Source: Narcine bancroftii
Taxonomy: Eukaryota
Direction of reading: 5' to 3'
Assembly (NCBI RefSeq): GCF_036971445.1
Contig: NC_091480.1
Location: 85,684,001 to 85,748,000 of the forward strand
DNA length: 64,000 nt
Both the position numbers and the translations under genes were made by a program. The notes below the pieces were generated by a model. The model saw nothing but the letters and a program-made list of their open reading frames with translations. It made no database searches and was not told the DNA's origin. Of this stretch, positions 63,737 to 64,000 are shown in pieces (within the stretch, counting starts at the first letter, position 1; every line of letters begins with the position of its first letter).

Positions 63737-64000
63737 TAACCCATGTATGTCCAATTGCAGAAAAACGAGTATCTGCCGCCAGATTCCAGCTGGGTGAATG
63801 TAATGTTCCTCCAACCTAAGATTCTATACAAGTGCTCCGCAGACTTGCCAGAATTCTACTTCTGGGGTCTGCCAGTTTAGATCTGCTGCACAATCTATGA
63901 GCCCTTTCTCATTAAGGGGGTCTGTGTCTGAGAGAATATAAGAAATAGCAGTCGGCCGCCCGGCCCGTTGAGCCTGCTCTGCCATTCGTGGCTGATCTGA

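Noticed and set aside
63438-63900. Further upstream exon of the SMB gene at a GTAAGT donor near 63437
   Set aside because: The phase-compatible frame contains a stop and the region is interrupted by a solo LTR.

Overview
Vertebrate nuclear DNA. The repeat landscape (tRNA-derived HE1-like SINEs, CR1, Rex1/Babar, RTE and Penelope-like elements) suggests a cartilaginous fish; this is an inference. Two complete intron-containing genes lie head-to-head: DUSP3/VHR (minus strand, 3 coding exons, 184 aa, intact HCREGYSRS motif) and a RAB18-family GTPase (plus strand, 7 coding exons, 204 aa, C-terminal CSLL), probably the RAB18 paralog absent from mammals. Near the right end is the 3' end of a third, unidentified minus-strand gene whose terminal exon (61361-61566, missed by the ORF track) encodes a C-terminal somatomedin-B-like cysteine module; a phase-compatible candidate exon lies upstream at 62044-62171. 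Most other sequence is transposon debris. Notable items: a 5'-inverted RTE LINE with a 10-bp TSD (twin-priming architecture), two Chapaev3-type deletion derivatives carrying opposite ends of the transposase, five solo LTRs with TSDs, a composite double-hairpin hAT MITE, Penelope termini with decayed hammerhead-ribozyme cores, a visually perfect ~96-copy 18-bp minisatellite in RAB18 intron 5, and a weakly supported TLR-like pseudogene relic. There is one 228-N assembly gap at the DUSP3 5' end. All calls were made by eye and no database searches were run.
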